64,000 nucleotides of DNA from an uncultured bacterium (GTDB taxonomy: Bacteria > Patescibacteriota > Minisyncoccia > UBA6257 > 2-01-FULL-56-20): assembly GCA_963707865.1 (NCBI GenBank), contig OY970175.1, positions 758,028 to 822,027 of the forward strand. The letters are read 5' to 3'. This document shows positions 48,672 through 59,046 of this stretch, piece after piece. The notes under the pieces were generated by a model. The model saw only the letters and a program-made list of their open reading frames with translations, did not search any database and had not been told where the DNA came from. Numbering within the stretch: position 1 is the stretch's first letter; the number at the start of each line of letters is the position of its first letter. The position numbers and the translations under genes were made by a program.

Positions 48672-49013
48672 GTGTTTGTACACAGAAAAGATATATTGCA
48701 AGGGAAACGCAAGATCAAAGTTCTAACGCCAACCGGGAGTCTTGATGATTGCGAGAGAGGGCTGGTCGCGGCGGTGAAAGAAGCACTAACAGAAAAGAAG
48801 GAGGTTGTTGTAGACCTCACAGATCGAAGACTCCATCCCATGAAAAGTGCCGATGCGCTCATCAGGATCTGGGGGAGATGCTTGGACGCTGGCCAGCTCT
48901 TGAAAATCGTGGCTACGCCGAAAATGGAAGGAACGCTCAAGAAACTGGCAGGGGAAAAACTCCTCGTTTATCCCAACACGGAGGGGGTTCTGCGGAGTTT
49001 TATAGAGTGGTAG
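48672..49013 (+). CDS. STAS-domain-like (anti-sigma-factor-antagonist-like) small protein, tentative
   Basis: 113 aa; VVVDLTDRRLHPMKSADALIRIWGRC resembles the STAS core; weak. Confidence 0.35.
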   Translation: MFVHRKDILQGKRKIKVLTPTGSLDDCERGLVAAVKEALTEKKEVVVDLTDRRLHPMKSADALIRIWGRCLDAGQLLKIVATPKMEGTLKKLAGEKLLVYPNTEGVLRSFIEW

Positions 49014-49089
49014 TGGCGGGGCGGCATAGCGCCCCGCGAATAAATTCTCCGCCGACCTCTCGGGGGTCGGCGGATAGTTTCAGTATTCT

Positions 49090-50508
49090 TTAATATCGGT
49101 AATAGTCAGGCTTGTAGGGACCGTTCAGTGGGACATTTAGATAGGCGGCTTGTGACTTGGTGAGCTTAGTGAGCTTCACGCCGATCTTCTGGAGATGGAG
49201 GCGGGCCACTTCTTCGTCAATTTCTTTGGGCAGGCGGTACACGCCGATCTCGTAATGATTTTTCCATAACGCAAGTTGGGCGAACACTTGGTTTGAAAAA
49301 CTATTGCTCATCACGAAGCTTGGATGGCCGGTCGCGCAGCCGAGGTTCACAAGCCGCCCTTCGGCCAAGACGTATATCTCGTGCTGGTCGGGGAAAACGT
49401 ACTTGTCCACCTGCGGCTTCACGTTCATTTTTTTCACGCCTCGCGCCGCGTTGAGACGGCCCACCTGAACCTCGTTCTCAAAATGGCCGATGTTGCACAC
49501 GATCGCCTGATCCTTCATTTTTTTCATGTGCTCCAAAGTAATCACATCCCTGTCGCCGGTCGCGGTCACGTAGATGTCTGCGCGGCCGAGTGTGTTTTCC
49601 ACGGTCGCGACTTCGTAGCCGTCCATAGCCGCTTGGAGGGCGCAGATGGGGTCTATCTCCGTCATAATGACACGGCAACCCTGCCCACGGAGCGATTGGG
49701 CCGAGCCCTTGCCGACGTCGCCGTAGCCGCACACGACGGCGGTCTTCCCGCCGATCATGACATCAGTCGCGCGATTCAGTCCGTCAATCAGGGAGTGGCG
49801 GCAGCCATAGATGTTATCAAATTTGCTTTTGGTCACGGAGTCGTTCACGTTGATCGCGGGGAAGAGGAGCTCGTTTCGCGCAAGGCGTTCATAGAGCCGG
49901 TGGACGCCTGTCGTCGTTTCTTCGGAAACGCCGCGGATCTTTTTTGCGGCTTTCGTCCAGCGGGCGGGATTCTTTTTGTAAATGAGCGCGAGCCGCTTTA
50001 TGAGTTCTTTTTCGTCGGGAGACATATTCACGCGTTGCGCCTGGTTTTGCGTCCGGAGAATGGCGGGATTTTTTTCCGCGGCTGCGCCCAGGTGGACCAT
50101 AAGCGTCGCGTCGCCTCCGTCGTCCACAATAAGGTCCGGACCTTTACCGTTCCCGAAATCCAGCGCGCGGTCAGTGCAGTCCCAATATTCGGCGAGCGTT
50201 TCTCCTTTCCAGGCGAAGACGGGAATGCCGGCTTTCGCGATGGCCGCGGCCGCATGGTCCTGCGTTGAAAAAATGTTGCAGCTTGCCCAGCGCACCCTGG
50301 CGCCGAGCGACGTGAGCGTTTCTATAAGCACCGCGGTCTGGACCGTCATGTGAAGAGAGCCCGTGATCCGGGCGCCTTTAAGCGGCTTCCGCCCGGCGTA
50401 TCGTTTGCGGAGCGCCATGAGTCCCGGCATCTCCTTCTCCGCCATTTCGATTTCCTTTCTTCCCCAATCGGCGAGCGCGATATTTTTTATTTTGTAATCG
50501 TTCTTCAT
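49090..50508 (-). CDS. ahcY: Adenosylhomocysteinase (S-adenosyl-L-homocysteine hydrolase)
   Basis: NAD-binding [40 protein letters not shown] and the SAHH N-terminus. Confidence 0.9.
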   Translation of the reverse strand: MKNDYKIKNIALADWGRKEIEMAEKEMPGLMALRKRYAGRKPLKGARITGSLHMTVQTAVLIETLTSLGARVRWASCNIFSTQDHAAAAIAKAGIPVFAWKGETLAEYWDCTDRALDFGNGKGPDLIVDDGGDATLMVHLGAAAEKNPAILRTQNQAQRVNMSPDEKELIKRLALIYKKNPARWTKAAKKIRGVSEETTTGVHRLYERLARNELLFPAINVNDSVTKSKFDNIYGCRHSLIDGLNRATDVMIGGKTAVVCGYGDVGKGSAQSLRGQGCRVIMTEIDPICALQAAMDGYEVATVENTLGRADIYVTATGDRDVITLEHMKKMKDQAIVCNIGHFENEVQVGRLNAARGVKKMNVKPQVDKYVFPDQHEIYVLAEGRLVNLGCATGHPSFVMSNSFSNQVFAQLALWKNHYEIGVYRLPKEIDEEVARLHLQKIGVKLTKLTKSQAAYLNVPLNGPYKPDYYRY

Positions 50509-51458
50509 ATTTTTATTTCGGCCCCGTACGTTTTTTTGAACCGTGCGCAGAAATCTTTCTTCGTGAAAAAATGTTCCTGCGTTCCGGATCGCTCAATGCA
50601 GAAACTCGCCGCGACGCTTCCCATCCGGCCGCAGGCCGTTAGTTCGTATTGTCGTTCAAGTCCGGCCAAAAAGCCAGCGCGATAGGCGTCTCCCGCTCCA
50701 GTGGGATCTTCCACGCGCCGCGGTTTTGCGGGCGCTATTCGCAGCGTTCCCTTCGCCGTGGTAATGACGGACCCTTTTTCTCCGAGCGTCGTCACGAGCG
50801 CCGCGGTTTTTCTTGCGATATCGCGCACGGTCCAGCCGGTCCGTTTCGCAAGCGTTCTCGCCTCGTAATCGTTTCCGATAGTAAGCGCGGAGAGCCGCGC
50901 TGCTTCTCGTATTACGGCGCCGCTCAAGGATGCGGACCACTGGCCCGGGTCAAACATCACGGGAATACCGCGTGCCGCACATTCGCGCATGTGGCGCCGC
51001 ATCGTTCGCGCGTGCGAAGGAGCGACGATCGCGAACGCGATTTTTTCTTTTGTGCGTATATTTGAAACGTGCGGTGCGAGTTCCGGATCCGCGCCGCTCC
51101 AATATGCCGTGATCTGGTTGTCATCCTTGTCGGTCGTGATGTGCGCCGATGCCGTGAAACGGTTTTTGTCCCGTGCGATATATTTCGTGCCAATCCCTGC
51201 GCGCCGCAGGTATGAGAGATATTCCCCGCCATCCTTGCCGAGCGCGGAGACGATGATCGGTTTGCCGCCGAGAAGCTTCAGCGTATAGGCGATATTTCCC
51301 GCCGTCCCGCCGCGGCTTTTCGCGAGCCGCGTGACCGGAAAGCAAACATTCAAAATATGGATGTTTTTGGGGAGGATGTAGTCCTTAAAGCGGCCAGGGA
51401 AATCCATGATGTAGTCATATGCGAGAGAGCCCGAAATAAGTATAGCCATAGCATCCAT
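50505..51458 (-). CDS. PfkB-family carbohydrate or nucleoside kinase (adenosine/ribokinase-like)
   Basis: GG motif near the N-terminus and the C-terminal [14 protein letters not shown] PfkB signature 2. Confidence 0.75.
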   Translation of the reverse strand: MDAMAILISGSLAYDYIMDFPGRFKDYILPKNIHILNVCFPVTRLAKSRGGTAGNIAYTLKLLGGKPIIVSALGKDGGEYLSYLRRAGIGTKYIARDKNRFTASAHITTDKDDNQITAYWSGADPELAPHVSNIRTKEKIAFAIVAPSHARTMRRHMRECAARGIPVMFDPGQWSASLSGAVIREAARLSALTIGNDYEARTLAKRTGWTVRDIARKTAALVTTLGEKGSVITTAKGTLRIAPAKPRRVEDPTGAGDAYRAGFLAGLERQYELTACGRMGSVAASFCIERSGTQEHFFTKKDFCARFKKTYGAEIKI

Positions 51459-51483
51459 TCTATCACTCTATTAGAATGGTAGT

Positions 51484-51999
51484 ATGGTCTCTACTTTGAT
51501 CCCTGCGAAAATATCCCTTATCGCCGCAATGGGGGAGAACAGGGTGATTGGCTCGCGCGGGAAAATCCCGTGGCATCTCCCCGCAGACTTCGCACACTTC
51601 AGGGATATCACCATGGGCCACCCGGTCATCATGGGATGGAAAACGTTTGAGTCCATTGGTAAACCGCTTCCCGGACGGACGAATATTGTGGTCACGATGC
51701 AGCCGGACCATGAAATAAAGGGATATCGCATGGCAGGGACCCTTGATGAGGCATTGCGTCTTGCGGGGGAGGCGAAAGGAGGAGAAGAAATTTTCGTCAT
51801 AGGAGGAGCGCTCACCTACAAAGAGGCGCTTCCGAAAGCCGATTGGATCTACCTCACGAAGATACGCGGCATTTTTGAGGGAGATGCGTTTTTCCCCGAA
51901 TTCAGTTCGACGGAGTGGCGGCTCGCCCAATCGGAGTTTCACAAAAGAGACTCAGAGAATCAATACGATTATACCTTCAATACCTACGAGCGGAGGTAG
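51484..51999 (+). CDS. folA: Dihydrofolate reductase
   Basis: ISLIAAMGENRVIGSRGKIPWHLPADFAHFRDITMGHPVIMGWKTFESIG. Confidence 0.85.
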   Translation: MVSTLIPAKISLIAAMGENRVIGSRGKIPWHLPADFAHFRDITMGHPVIMGWKTFESIGKPLPGRTNIVVTMQPDHEIKGYRMAGTLDEALRLAGEAKGGEEIFVIGGALTYKEALPKADWIYLTKIRGIFEGDAFFPEFSSTEWRLAQSEFHKRDSENQYDYTFNTYERR

Positions 52000-52056
52000 C
52001 CCCCTCGCATAGAGTACCCACCACGGTGAGGCCCATAAGGATTTTTTGGGGGCGAT

Positions 52057-52560
52057 CTAGGGAAGCGCTAAGAACCACAGACCACCGATACTATCTCCGT
52101 TCGCATCACCCACATTTTTATCTTCATAATAGAAATAGAGAGGAGTACTGTTGTAAGTAACCTGCAGGGTCCCATCCGACCGCATGGTGGTTCCTACTTG
52201 TCCAGTCACGCCTGGTCCGCCGCCAAGGGGAGAACTGGCCTCGCTCGCCGGAATCGTATAGGGAAGCCAAGACGCTGCGCACGGACCAGGGTGGTCCGAA
52301 CAATCGCGCAAGCCGAACTGGTTGGGAGAGTAGAGTGTCATGCCATTCGATGCAACGAGATAAGTACCTATGCTCGTGTGCGCGACATTCAAAACAACCA
52401 TGGTGGTCGGTGTCGTGGTGGTGGGAGGTGTCACCGCGCTTGGTTGATTCACTACATTCGCATTGTTCGAACTCCGTTGCACTATCGATGACCAATACCA
52501 GAGCCCGAGAACCGCGATGATTACTACGATCGTGAGCCAAATAATGTAAGATCGATTCAT
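52057..52560 (-). CDS. Secreted protein of the COG4315/Lipoprotein_15-like family (start moved to MNRSYI)
   Basis: Transmembrane/signal segment then the repeated YSPNQFGLRDC..GPCAASW and VTYNSTPLYFYYEDKNVGDANGD motifs. Confidence 0.5.
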   Translation of the reverse strand: MNRSYIIWLTIVVIIAVLGLWYWSSIVQRSSNNANVVNQPSAVTPPTTTTPTTMVVLNVAHTSIGTYLVASNGMTLYSPNQFGLRDCSDHPGPCAASWLPYTIPASEASSPLGGGPGVTGQVGTTMRSDGTLQVTYNSTPLYFYYEDKNVGDANGDSIGGLWFLALP

Positions 52561-52729
52561 GCCCCTTATGTTAACCACTATATTACCACATACGGTTGAT
52601 TGTGGAAAACCGACGCAACCACATCTCTTCGATAAAGAATGCTGACCGTAGGGACAACACAAATGGAACCAGTGCGAGGACACGGGTGGGGAAAGCGTGT
52701 GAGAAAAGTGTGGAAAGGGTGTTGATGAA

Positions 52730-53731
52730 CTAGCCGGTTTTTTTCTTGGTGAATTCCCTCCAGGAATCCGTAGTGAAGCCGCCGATGGGCGCAAGTTCCG
52801 CCTTGATCGGCGGGTGAGGATCGTAGCCCGTGAGCGTTACGTGCTCCGGTTTGAAGTCGTCAATTGTTTTCACTGCGGGATCAAGCGTCACTTTCGGGAA
52901 TGGCCTCGGCTCGCGCGTGAGCTGTTCTTTAACGGCGTCGAAATGATTTTCGTAAATATGGGCGTCGCCGAAGGTGTGAACGAATTCTCCCGGCTCATTG
53001 CCCGTTACCTGGGCGAGGATGATGGTGAGGAGCGCATAGCTCGCGATGTTAAAGGGGACTCCAAGGAACATATCGGCCGTGCGCTGGTAAAGATGAAGCG
53101 AAAGCTTGCCGTTCTTGACGTTCGCTTGGTACATATTGTGGCAGATGGGGAAGCGGCACGCTTCGTGGGGCAACGCCATTTCGTAGAGATATTCGGGATT
53201 CCAGGAATTCACGAGCGCGTTGTGGGCATCCGAATCTTTCTTTATGTCGTCCACGAGCCACTGGACCTGGTCAATCGTCCGGCCGTCTTTCGCGGGCCAT
53301 CGGCGCCAGAGTTCTCCATAGATATATTTCAGATCCCCGTGCTGCTTTGCGAATGCCGCGTCGCCCGCGATCTTAGCGATGAATTCTTCTTTCGTAAGCG
53401 GAGGAAGTTCGCCCTTATCTATTTTTTCTCGGTAAATTTTGTAAGGGTAGTCGTCCCAGATGTGGACGTTCGCATCCACAAGATATTTTATATTGGACTG
53501 GCCGGACAAGAACCACGCGAGCTCGTATAGAATTCCTTTCCAAAATACCTTTTTTGTGGTGAGGAGGGGGAATCCTTCCGCAAGATTAAACCGCATCTGC
53601 CGGCCGAAGACGCTCCAAGTAATGGAGCCGATTCCCTTGTCTACCTGCTTCACGCCGTGGTCAAGGATGTCGCGAAGGAGGTCAAGGTATTGATATTCGG
53701 GGTGCCGCACACCCGCGGGAACGTTTGTCAT
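52730..53731 (-). CDS. thyA: Thymidylate synthase
   Basis: HPEYQYLDLLRDIL..QMRFNLAEGFPLLTTKKVFWKGILYELAWF. Confidence 0.9.
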   Translation of the reverse strand: MTNVPAGVRHPEYQYLDLLRDILDHGVKQVDKGIGSITWSVFGRQMRFNLAEGFPLLTTKKVFWKGILYELAWFLSGQSNIKYLVDANVHIWDDYPYKIYREKIDKGELPPLTKEEFIAKIAGDAAFAKQHGDLKYIYGELWRRWPAKDGRTIDQVQWLVDDIKKDSDAHNALVNSWNPEYLYEMALPHEACRFPICHNMYQANVKNGKLSLHLYQRTADMFLGVPFNIASYALLTIILAQVTGNEPGEFVHTFGDAHIYENHFDAVKEQLTREPRPFPKVTLDPAVKTIDDFKPEHVTLTGYDPHPPIKAELAPIGGFTTDSWREFTKKKTG

Positions 53732-53735
53732 GGTT

Positions 53736-54413
53736 CTACTCTATCACGAAGGTTTTTTCGGTACCATAATACTCCGGCCAATGCGCGTTGTAGTAGGCGA
53801 ACATGCGTGCGAGGCGTTCCTGGTTAAGCTCTTCGAGCCCTACACTTTTTATTATTTCGCGGAGCTTCGCCTTCGCCCCGTCCGCGTGGGAGGGATCGCT
53901 TGCTATGATTTCAAATTCGGCGAGGTAGCCGTAGCCGGCATTTTTGTCTATCGTCACGTTGGCATCCGCAAATTTGTATTCCGTCCGCTCGCGTGACCAT
54001 TTTGCCTGGTAGCGGAAACCGGCGTTGAGTAGGGCTTCGTCAAGTTTTACGAGCGGCATGGTTACCTCGCGCTCAAATTCCCGACGTGCGGTGCCGTTCG
54101 CGCTCGTCGTGTCGTCAATGGTCGCCTTAAGGACCAAGAGCACCCTCCCGTCCGCTTCACGCGTGCGCAGGGAAAAATCTTTCGCTCGTTTCGCAAGATC
54201 AAGGAATTCTTTCCGCGCCTCATCGTCGCGAATGACTTTTGCGACGGCGGCGAGATCGCCATCTCCTTCAAAGTAGTGGTTGAGTTGCTTGTGTGAGCCG
54301 ATCTTCCGTAGTTTTGGGTTCAGCTTTTTCATCTGTGCCTCAAATCGCTCCGCGTTTTCGCGGTTCCCCAAGAGGCACTTGATCTCTATTTCGTAGCCGC
54401 CGTTCTTCATCAT
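53736..54413 (-). CDS. CYTH-domain protein (CyaB/thiamine-triphosphatase-like)
   Basis: YEIEIKCLL N-terminal EXEXK motif; about 225 aa. Confidence 0.55.
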   Translation of the reverse strand: MMKNGGYEIEIKCLLGNRENAERFEAQMKKLNPKLRKIGSHKQLNHYFEGDGDLAAVAKVIRDDEARKEFLDLAKRAKDFSLRTREADGRVLLVLKATIDDTTSANGTARREFEREVTMPLVKLDEALLNAGFRYQAKWSRERTEYKFADANVTIDKNAGYGYLAEFEIIASDPSHADGAKAKLREIIKSVGLEELNQERLARMFAYYNAHWPEYYGTEKTFVIE

Positions 54414-54997
54414 TTCCGCCTTTTTGTTCTTGCTTCTTGCGAAAGCTTTGACGCGACTGGCTTTTTCTGACCGGCATATTTACTTCCTTTTTTCATATAG
54501 TAGGGAACTTCCACCGCGCTTGACACCTCTTCAAACGTGAAAGCACACACCCGCATGCCGGGATAGAGAAGTACGGGCACGACGCCCAGGTTACCGAGTT
54601 CCATCACCGGCTTCCCGCGCCAGCCGGGATCAAAGATGGACGCTGTGCCGTGGACGATAACGCCGAGGCGCCCAAGAGAACTCCTTCCTTCAATGCGCCC
54701 CACGAGATCGTCCCCGATTTCCAGCCATTCAAGCGTGGTCGCGAGCACGAGGTCTTGAGGGTGGAGCACGAAAGAGCCGCCCTTCGGAACCACAACATCT
54801 TCCATAAGGGTCGCCGCCTGTTTCATGTCCTGGGTATCTATATGGGGGACGTGAGTGCGGCGGAACACCTGGAACTCGTGGCCGAGCCGCAGGTCGAGCG
54901 AGCACGAGCCGAGCTGGGTTTTGAAATCCGGCGCCGGCGTGATTTTGATGCGTCCTGCCTTGAGCGCTTTCTTGATGTCGCGGTCCGAAAGGATCAT
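54410..54997 (-). CDS. dcd: dCTP deaminase (start moved to MILSDRD at 54997)
   Basis: MILSDRDIKKALKAGRIKITP..SCSLDLRLG; the ORF-track N-terminal extension is unlikely to be translated. Confidence 0.85.
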   Translation of the reverse strand: MILSDRDIKKALKAGRIKITPAPDFKTQLGSCSLDLRLGHEFQVFRRTHVPHIDTQDMKQAATLMEDVVVPKGGSFVLHPQDLVLATTLEWLEIGDDLVGRIEGRSSLGRLGVIVHGTASIFDPGWRGKPVMELGNLGVVPVLLYPGMRVCAFTFEEVSSAVEVPYYMKKGSKYAGQKKPVASKLSQEARTKRRK

Positions 54998-55101
54998 GGT
55001 AGGAAAATTGTAACGCGCGCAAGGGGAATGGGCAAATAGGCGCACAGGCCTGTTGTCTTGGATTTTATATTCTAATATTGCCGCCATGCTAAAATAAGCA
55101 T

Positions 55102-55545
55102 ATGGAACCTGCATATCTCGATTGGTTTTTGATTTTGATAATTCTTGTCATAATCGCGGGCTTCTTTCTTTCCGGACTCATTATGGCGGTGCCTGACTAT
55201 TTTAGTGATTTTTCCCGGAGAAAAAAGATGCAACAACTGGCGAAGGATTTCGATTTTCAGTTTGAAAGCAAATCCAGCTTTCCCTCGTTCATGTTTTCTG
55301 CGCGATGGTTTTATACAGAAAATGGAGCAATCCATAGGCACAGTCTCTCCGGGCAAATCGGAAAGAACGAAATTGAAATCTGCGATTCTATAAAATATGT
55401 TACTCGCTCGCGTTGGAGAGGTGGCGGGTTTAGTGTTGAAAAAACCATTGTGAAAATAAACAGAAAAGTTATGGGGGAGATGACGCCCCCTGAAGGGTTT
55501 ATTTCGACGGACGAGCTGCGAACCATCTTACAAAAATTGCGCTGA
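55102..55545 (+). CDS. Hypothetical membrane protein
   Basis: N-terminal transmembrane helix; ORF only. Confidence 0.4.
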   Translation: MEPAYLDWFLILIILVIIAGFFLSGLIMAVPDYFSDFSRRKKMQQLAKDFDFQFESKSSFPSFMFSARWFYTENGAIHRHSLSGQIGKNEIEICDSIKYVTRSRWRGGGFSVEKTIVKINRKVMGEMTPPEGFISTDELRTILQKLR

Positions 55546-55617
55546 TGCGTGGATGAATGCTCGGGTCTGTGCGCGGGAGAGGATTTGAACAATGAAAACT
55601 AACGGAGGGTTGGTGGA

Positions 55618-56943
55618 TTAATCAATTCCCGGTACGGGGAACGGCGTCGCGAATTTTTTCACGGCGTCGTGCACTTCTTTTATGAGCGGATGATTGGGGA
55701 GCGAGGCGTTGAACGCGCGCATGAATTCAATGCGCTTTTCCTTGTCGGTGGGGAGTTCGTTCTTCGCGAATTCGTGCGCGATGCGGGCGATGAAGGAAGC
55801 GACCGTCTTCATGTGCTCCTCTTTCATGCCGCGCGAGGTGATGGGCGGAGTGCCGAGGCGGATGCCGGACGGGTAGTACGGCGGCGCGGGGTCGTTGGGG
55901 ATGGAGCTTTTGTTCACGCTGATGCCCGCCGCTTCAAGCGCTTTTTCTACAAACACGCCTCGCCCCGGGCCGAACACACGGAGGTCAATGAGCATGAGAT
56001 GATTGTCGGTTCCGCCCGAAATGAGCCGCAGGCCCTGCGCTTGGAGCTCTTTCGCAAGTGCCTTCGCATTCGCCACAACTTGATGTGCGTATTCCTTGAA
56101 CTCCGGAAGCGTGGTTTCGTGGAGGGCAACGGCAATGCCCGCGATCGTATTTTCGTGCGGTCCTCCCTGCATGCCGGGGAACACCGCGCGGTCAATTTTG
56201 TCTTTCAGTTCTTCTTTACAGAAGATCATCGCCGCACGCGGGCCGCGCAGCGTTTTGTGCGTGGTCGTCGTGACTACGTCCATGAGCGGGAATGGAGAGG
56301 GATGGGCGCCGCCGACGATGAGCCCCGCGATGTGGGAGACGTCCGCCATGGAATAGGCGCCGACGCTCTTTGCGATCTCGCTGAATTTTTTGAAATCAAT
56401 GGTCCGCGGATAGGCAGTGTAGCCGCACACGATCAATTTCGGTTTGTGTTCCCGTGCAAGCTTTTCAATCGCGTCGTAATCAAGCGTTTCGTTCTTTTCG
56501 TCCACTTGATAATGAACAAACTTGAACAGCTTCCCCGACATATTGACGGGAGAGCCGTGCGTGAGGTGCCCTCCATGGTCCAGGCGCATCGCCATGATGG
56601 TGGCGCCCGGCTCAAGAAGTCCGAAGTAGACCTCAAGGTTTGCGGGCGAACCGGAATACGGCTGGACATTCACGTGGTACCCCTCCGCGTGGAAAACCTC
56701 GCGCGCCCGCTTTTGGCAAAGCGTTTCCAGCTCGTCCACATTCACGCAGCCGCCGTAGTAACGCCGTCCTGGATAATTTTCCGCGTATTTGTTGCTGAGC
56801 ACGCTCCCTATCGCCTCAAGCACCGCGCGAGAGGCATAACTTTCGGAAGGGATGAGCTCAAGCCCTTCTTTCTGCCGCAACTTTTCCTTTTCAATGATTT
56901 CAAATACTTTCGGATCTTCGGCTTTAAGATTTTTTTGCGGCAT
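55618..56943 (-). CDS. glyA: Serine hydroxymethyltransferase
   Basis: PLP-site VTTTTHKTLRGPR and SHMT-like along the full length. Confidence 0.9.
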   Translation of the reverse strand: MPQKNLKAEDPKVFEIIEKEKLRQKEGLELIPSESYASRAVLEAIGSVLSNKYAENYPGRRYYGGCVNVDELETLCQKRAREVFHAEGYHVNVQPYSGSPANLEVYFGLLEPGATIMAMRLDHGGHLTHGSPVNMSGKLFKFVHYQVDEKNETLDYDAIEKLAREHKPKLIVCGYTAYPRTIDFKKFSEIAKSVGAYSMADVSHIAGLIVGGAHPSPFPLMDVVTTTTHKTLRGPRAAMIFCKEELKDKIDRAVFPGMQGGPHENTIAGIAVALHETTLPEFKEYAHQVVANAKALAKELQAQGLRLISGGTDNHLMLIDLRVFGPGRGVFVEKALEAAGISVNKSSIPNDPAPPYYPSGIRLGTPPITSRGMKEEHMKTVASFIARIAHEFAKNELPTDKEKRIEFMRAFNASLPNHPLIKEVHDAVKKFATPFPVPGID

Positions 56944-57028
56944 GGGTGTGGGAGTAAGAATAAGAATGTACTCCTATTATATACAAGCCCTTCTGTGGAT
57001 TCAAGTTTGATGATATGCTCTAGATATT

Positions 57029-57859
57029 ATGGTGATTGATGGGAGGAAGATTGCGACCGAGATCGCCGATCGCCTGAAAACATTACCGAAGCCGGAAAAA
57101 TTCTTGGCCGGGGTTTTGGTCGGCAACGACCCGGCATCAAAAAGTTTCCAGAGGATTAAGCACGATACCGCGGCACGCCTCGGTGTTGACTACCGCATCT
57201 ACGAATTCCCGGAGGATCTTACGAACGACGCGCTACGGAAGGAAGTGGGAAAGATCGCGGCGCACAAGACGTGCGGTGGGATCGTCGTACAGCTCCCCCT
57301 CCCGGAGCATTTCAATTGGTACGCGGTATTGAATGCCATTCCTCCGGAGAAGGACCCCGACCTCTTGAGCGAGCGGAGCTTGGGCGCGTTCTATAACGGC
57401 CGGAACAAAATTGTCCAGCCGGCAGCAGCGGTCGTCGCGGAAATCTTAAAGCGCGTTCAGTTTGACTTGAAAGGGAAAAAAGTGGTCGTCGTCGGACGTG
57501 GATTTTTGATCGGCAAACCGATTTCCCTGTGGTTCTTGGGTCAGAGAGCGGGCGACGTTACGGTCGTAGGGAAGGACTCGGACTTTTCGGCGCTCACGGC
57601 CGCGGATCTTGTGATCACAGGTGTAGGCAAGGCGGGGCTTATCACACCCGCGATGCTAAAGCAGGGCGCTGGCGTGATTGATTTCGGCTACGAAGGCGGC
57701 AAGGGCGATTTTGATCCGGGAGCAGCGAGTGCGAGTACGGGTGCGGGCACAGGCGCCCACAAAGAGTCCTCGGTTGCATTCTATACTCCCACGCCGGGCG
57801 GCACCGGCCCCATTCTTGTTGCAAAACTCCTGGAGAATTTCTATACCCTGAATTCCTGA
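57029..57859 (+). CDS. folD: Bifunctional methylene-THF dehydrogenase/cyclohydrolase
   Basis: FolD-like fold; VVVGRGFLIGKP NAD(P)-binding motif. Confidence 0.85.
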   Translation: MVIDGRKIATEIADRLKTLPKPEKFLAGVLVGNDPASKSFQRIKHDTAARLGVDYRIYEFPEDLTNDALRKEVGKIAAHKTCGGIVVQLPLPEHFNWYAVLNAIPPEKDPDLLSERSLGAFYNGRNKIVQPAAAVVAEILKRVQFDLKGKKVVVVGRGFLIGKPISLWFLGQRAGDVTVVGKDSDFSALTAADLVITGVGKAGLITPAMLKQGAGVIDFGYEGGKGDFDPGAASASTGAGTGAHKESSVAFYTPTPGGTGPILVAKLLENFYTLNS

Positions 57860-57866
57860 TCTTTTG

Positions 57867-57938
57867 TGCGCGCTGTAGGATTTGAACCTACGACCTACCG
57901 CGTGTAAGGCGGTCGCTCTGCCGCTGAGCTAAGCGCGC
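57867..57938 (-). tRNA. tRNA-Val (anticodon UAC)
   Basis: Acceptor GCGCGCT/AGCGCGC, anticodon loop CTTACAC, T-loop TTCAAAT. Confidence 0.8.
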
Positions 57939-58025
57939 GTTATTCCATCCTACAGGGAAGTACCAATTTTTTCAACTCTCCGAAAATACTCGGGGAGTGT
58001 GCCCTTCTTCCTAGGGCTAGAACTC

Positions 58026-58703
58026 CTACCTCGTCATTGTCCTTAGGCGCTCTCCCTGCCAATATTCATAAAATGGTCCCCACATGAATCCAGCTAAAAA
58101 CCAAAATATATACTCTTCAACAGGATAGGTTAAAAACGTGATTCCGGATAAGTGACTGAAAAGATAGGTTTCACGAGCCCAACTTGGATAGAAAAACAAT
58201 ATGCTTGAATAAAAAACTATAGACACAAAAAACATACAAATGCCAGTCAGGAACCCAGCTATTATTAGATCCCGGCGATAATAAAACATGACTGCGGCGA
58301 TGAAGATCATGGCGATGGTGCTCGCCCAGAACGAACTGAAATGGAGACCCCAGATAAGTATTGAAGTAATTTGGGCCAGCAAGAGGAGGATAGTAAATCC
58401 GCCTGGATGATGCTGATTGCTCTCCCGTTTGTATAATCTCTTGCGGAACAACTCTTCATAAATAACAGCCATTACGCCTCCGCCTGCAAAACCTACTAAG
58501 AAATCTTCTATCCCCACTCGCGTGCCGGTTATAGTCAATGGGCGCCACCAATCGTGTGTCCACCAAAAATAGCCAGTCGCCACACTCACGCCGCCGATGA
58601 GCACGCTCATGATTAGCATCTCTTTACGCAAATCTTTTCGGGAGAAAAATAAGATCAACCAAATAAAAAGGAAAACCACGCTTCCGATTAGAAATCCGTA
58701 CAT
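58026..58703 (-). CDS. Hypothetical polytopic membrane protein
   Basis: Six to seven predicted transmembrane helices; ORF only. Confidence 0.5.
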   Translation of the reverse strand: MYGFLIGSVVFLFIWLILFFSRKDLRKEMLIMSVLIGGVSVATGYFWWTHDWWRPLTITGTRVGIEDFLVGFAGGGVMAVIYEELFRKRLYKRESNQHHPGGFTILLLLAQITSILIWGLHFSSFWASTIAMIFIAAVMFYYRRDLIIAGFLTGICMFFVSIVFYSSILFFYPSWARETYLFSHLSGITFLTYPVEEYIFWFLAGFMWGPFYEYWQGERLRTMTR

Positions 58704-58782
58704 AGCTTTATTCTAACAGGATTCAATTCTCGTATGGGTCGAAAATCAAGACACCGCACAAAACGCGGCTTATAGAATGGTG

Positions 58783-58854
58783 CGCCCTCGGAGGGAATCG
58801 GACCCCCATCAAAGCCTTAGAAGAGCTCTGCTCTGTCCATTGAGCTACGAGGGC
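58783..58854 (-). tRNA. tRNA-Arg (anticodon UCU)
   Basis: Acceptor GCCCTCG/CGAGGGC, anticodon loop CTTCTAA, T-loop TCCGATT. Confidence 0.8.
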
Positions 58855-58923
58855 CCCGCGTCGCGGGGCACCGCTGAACGCATTGATTCTACAACGGAAA
58901 TAGGATAGTTTGAAGAGGCATCA

Positions 58924-58994
58924 CGGGCCGTCGTATACCGGTAGTACACCTGTTTTGGGTACAGGCAGACTGGGTTCAATTCCCAGCGGCCCGA
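58924..58994 (+). tRNA. tRNA-Pro (anticodon UGG)
   Basis: Acceptor CGGGCCG/CGGCCCG, anticodon stem CCTGT/ACAGG with loop TTTGGGT, T-loop TTCAATT. Confidence 0.8.
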
Positions 58995-59046
58995 CGTCAA
59001 GGCTTCTTTAATAATTCTTTAATGGAGTTTTTGTTATGCTGGACGC

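Noticed and set aside
49324-50268. 314-aa plus-strand ORF
   Set aside because: Antisense to ahcY.
55669-57039. 456-aa plus-strand ORF
   Set aside because: Antisense to glyA.
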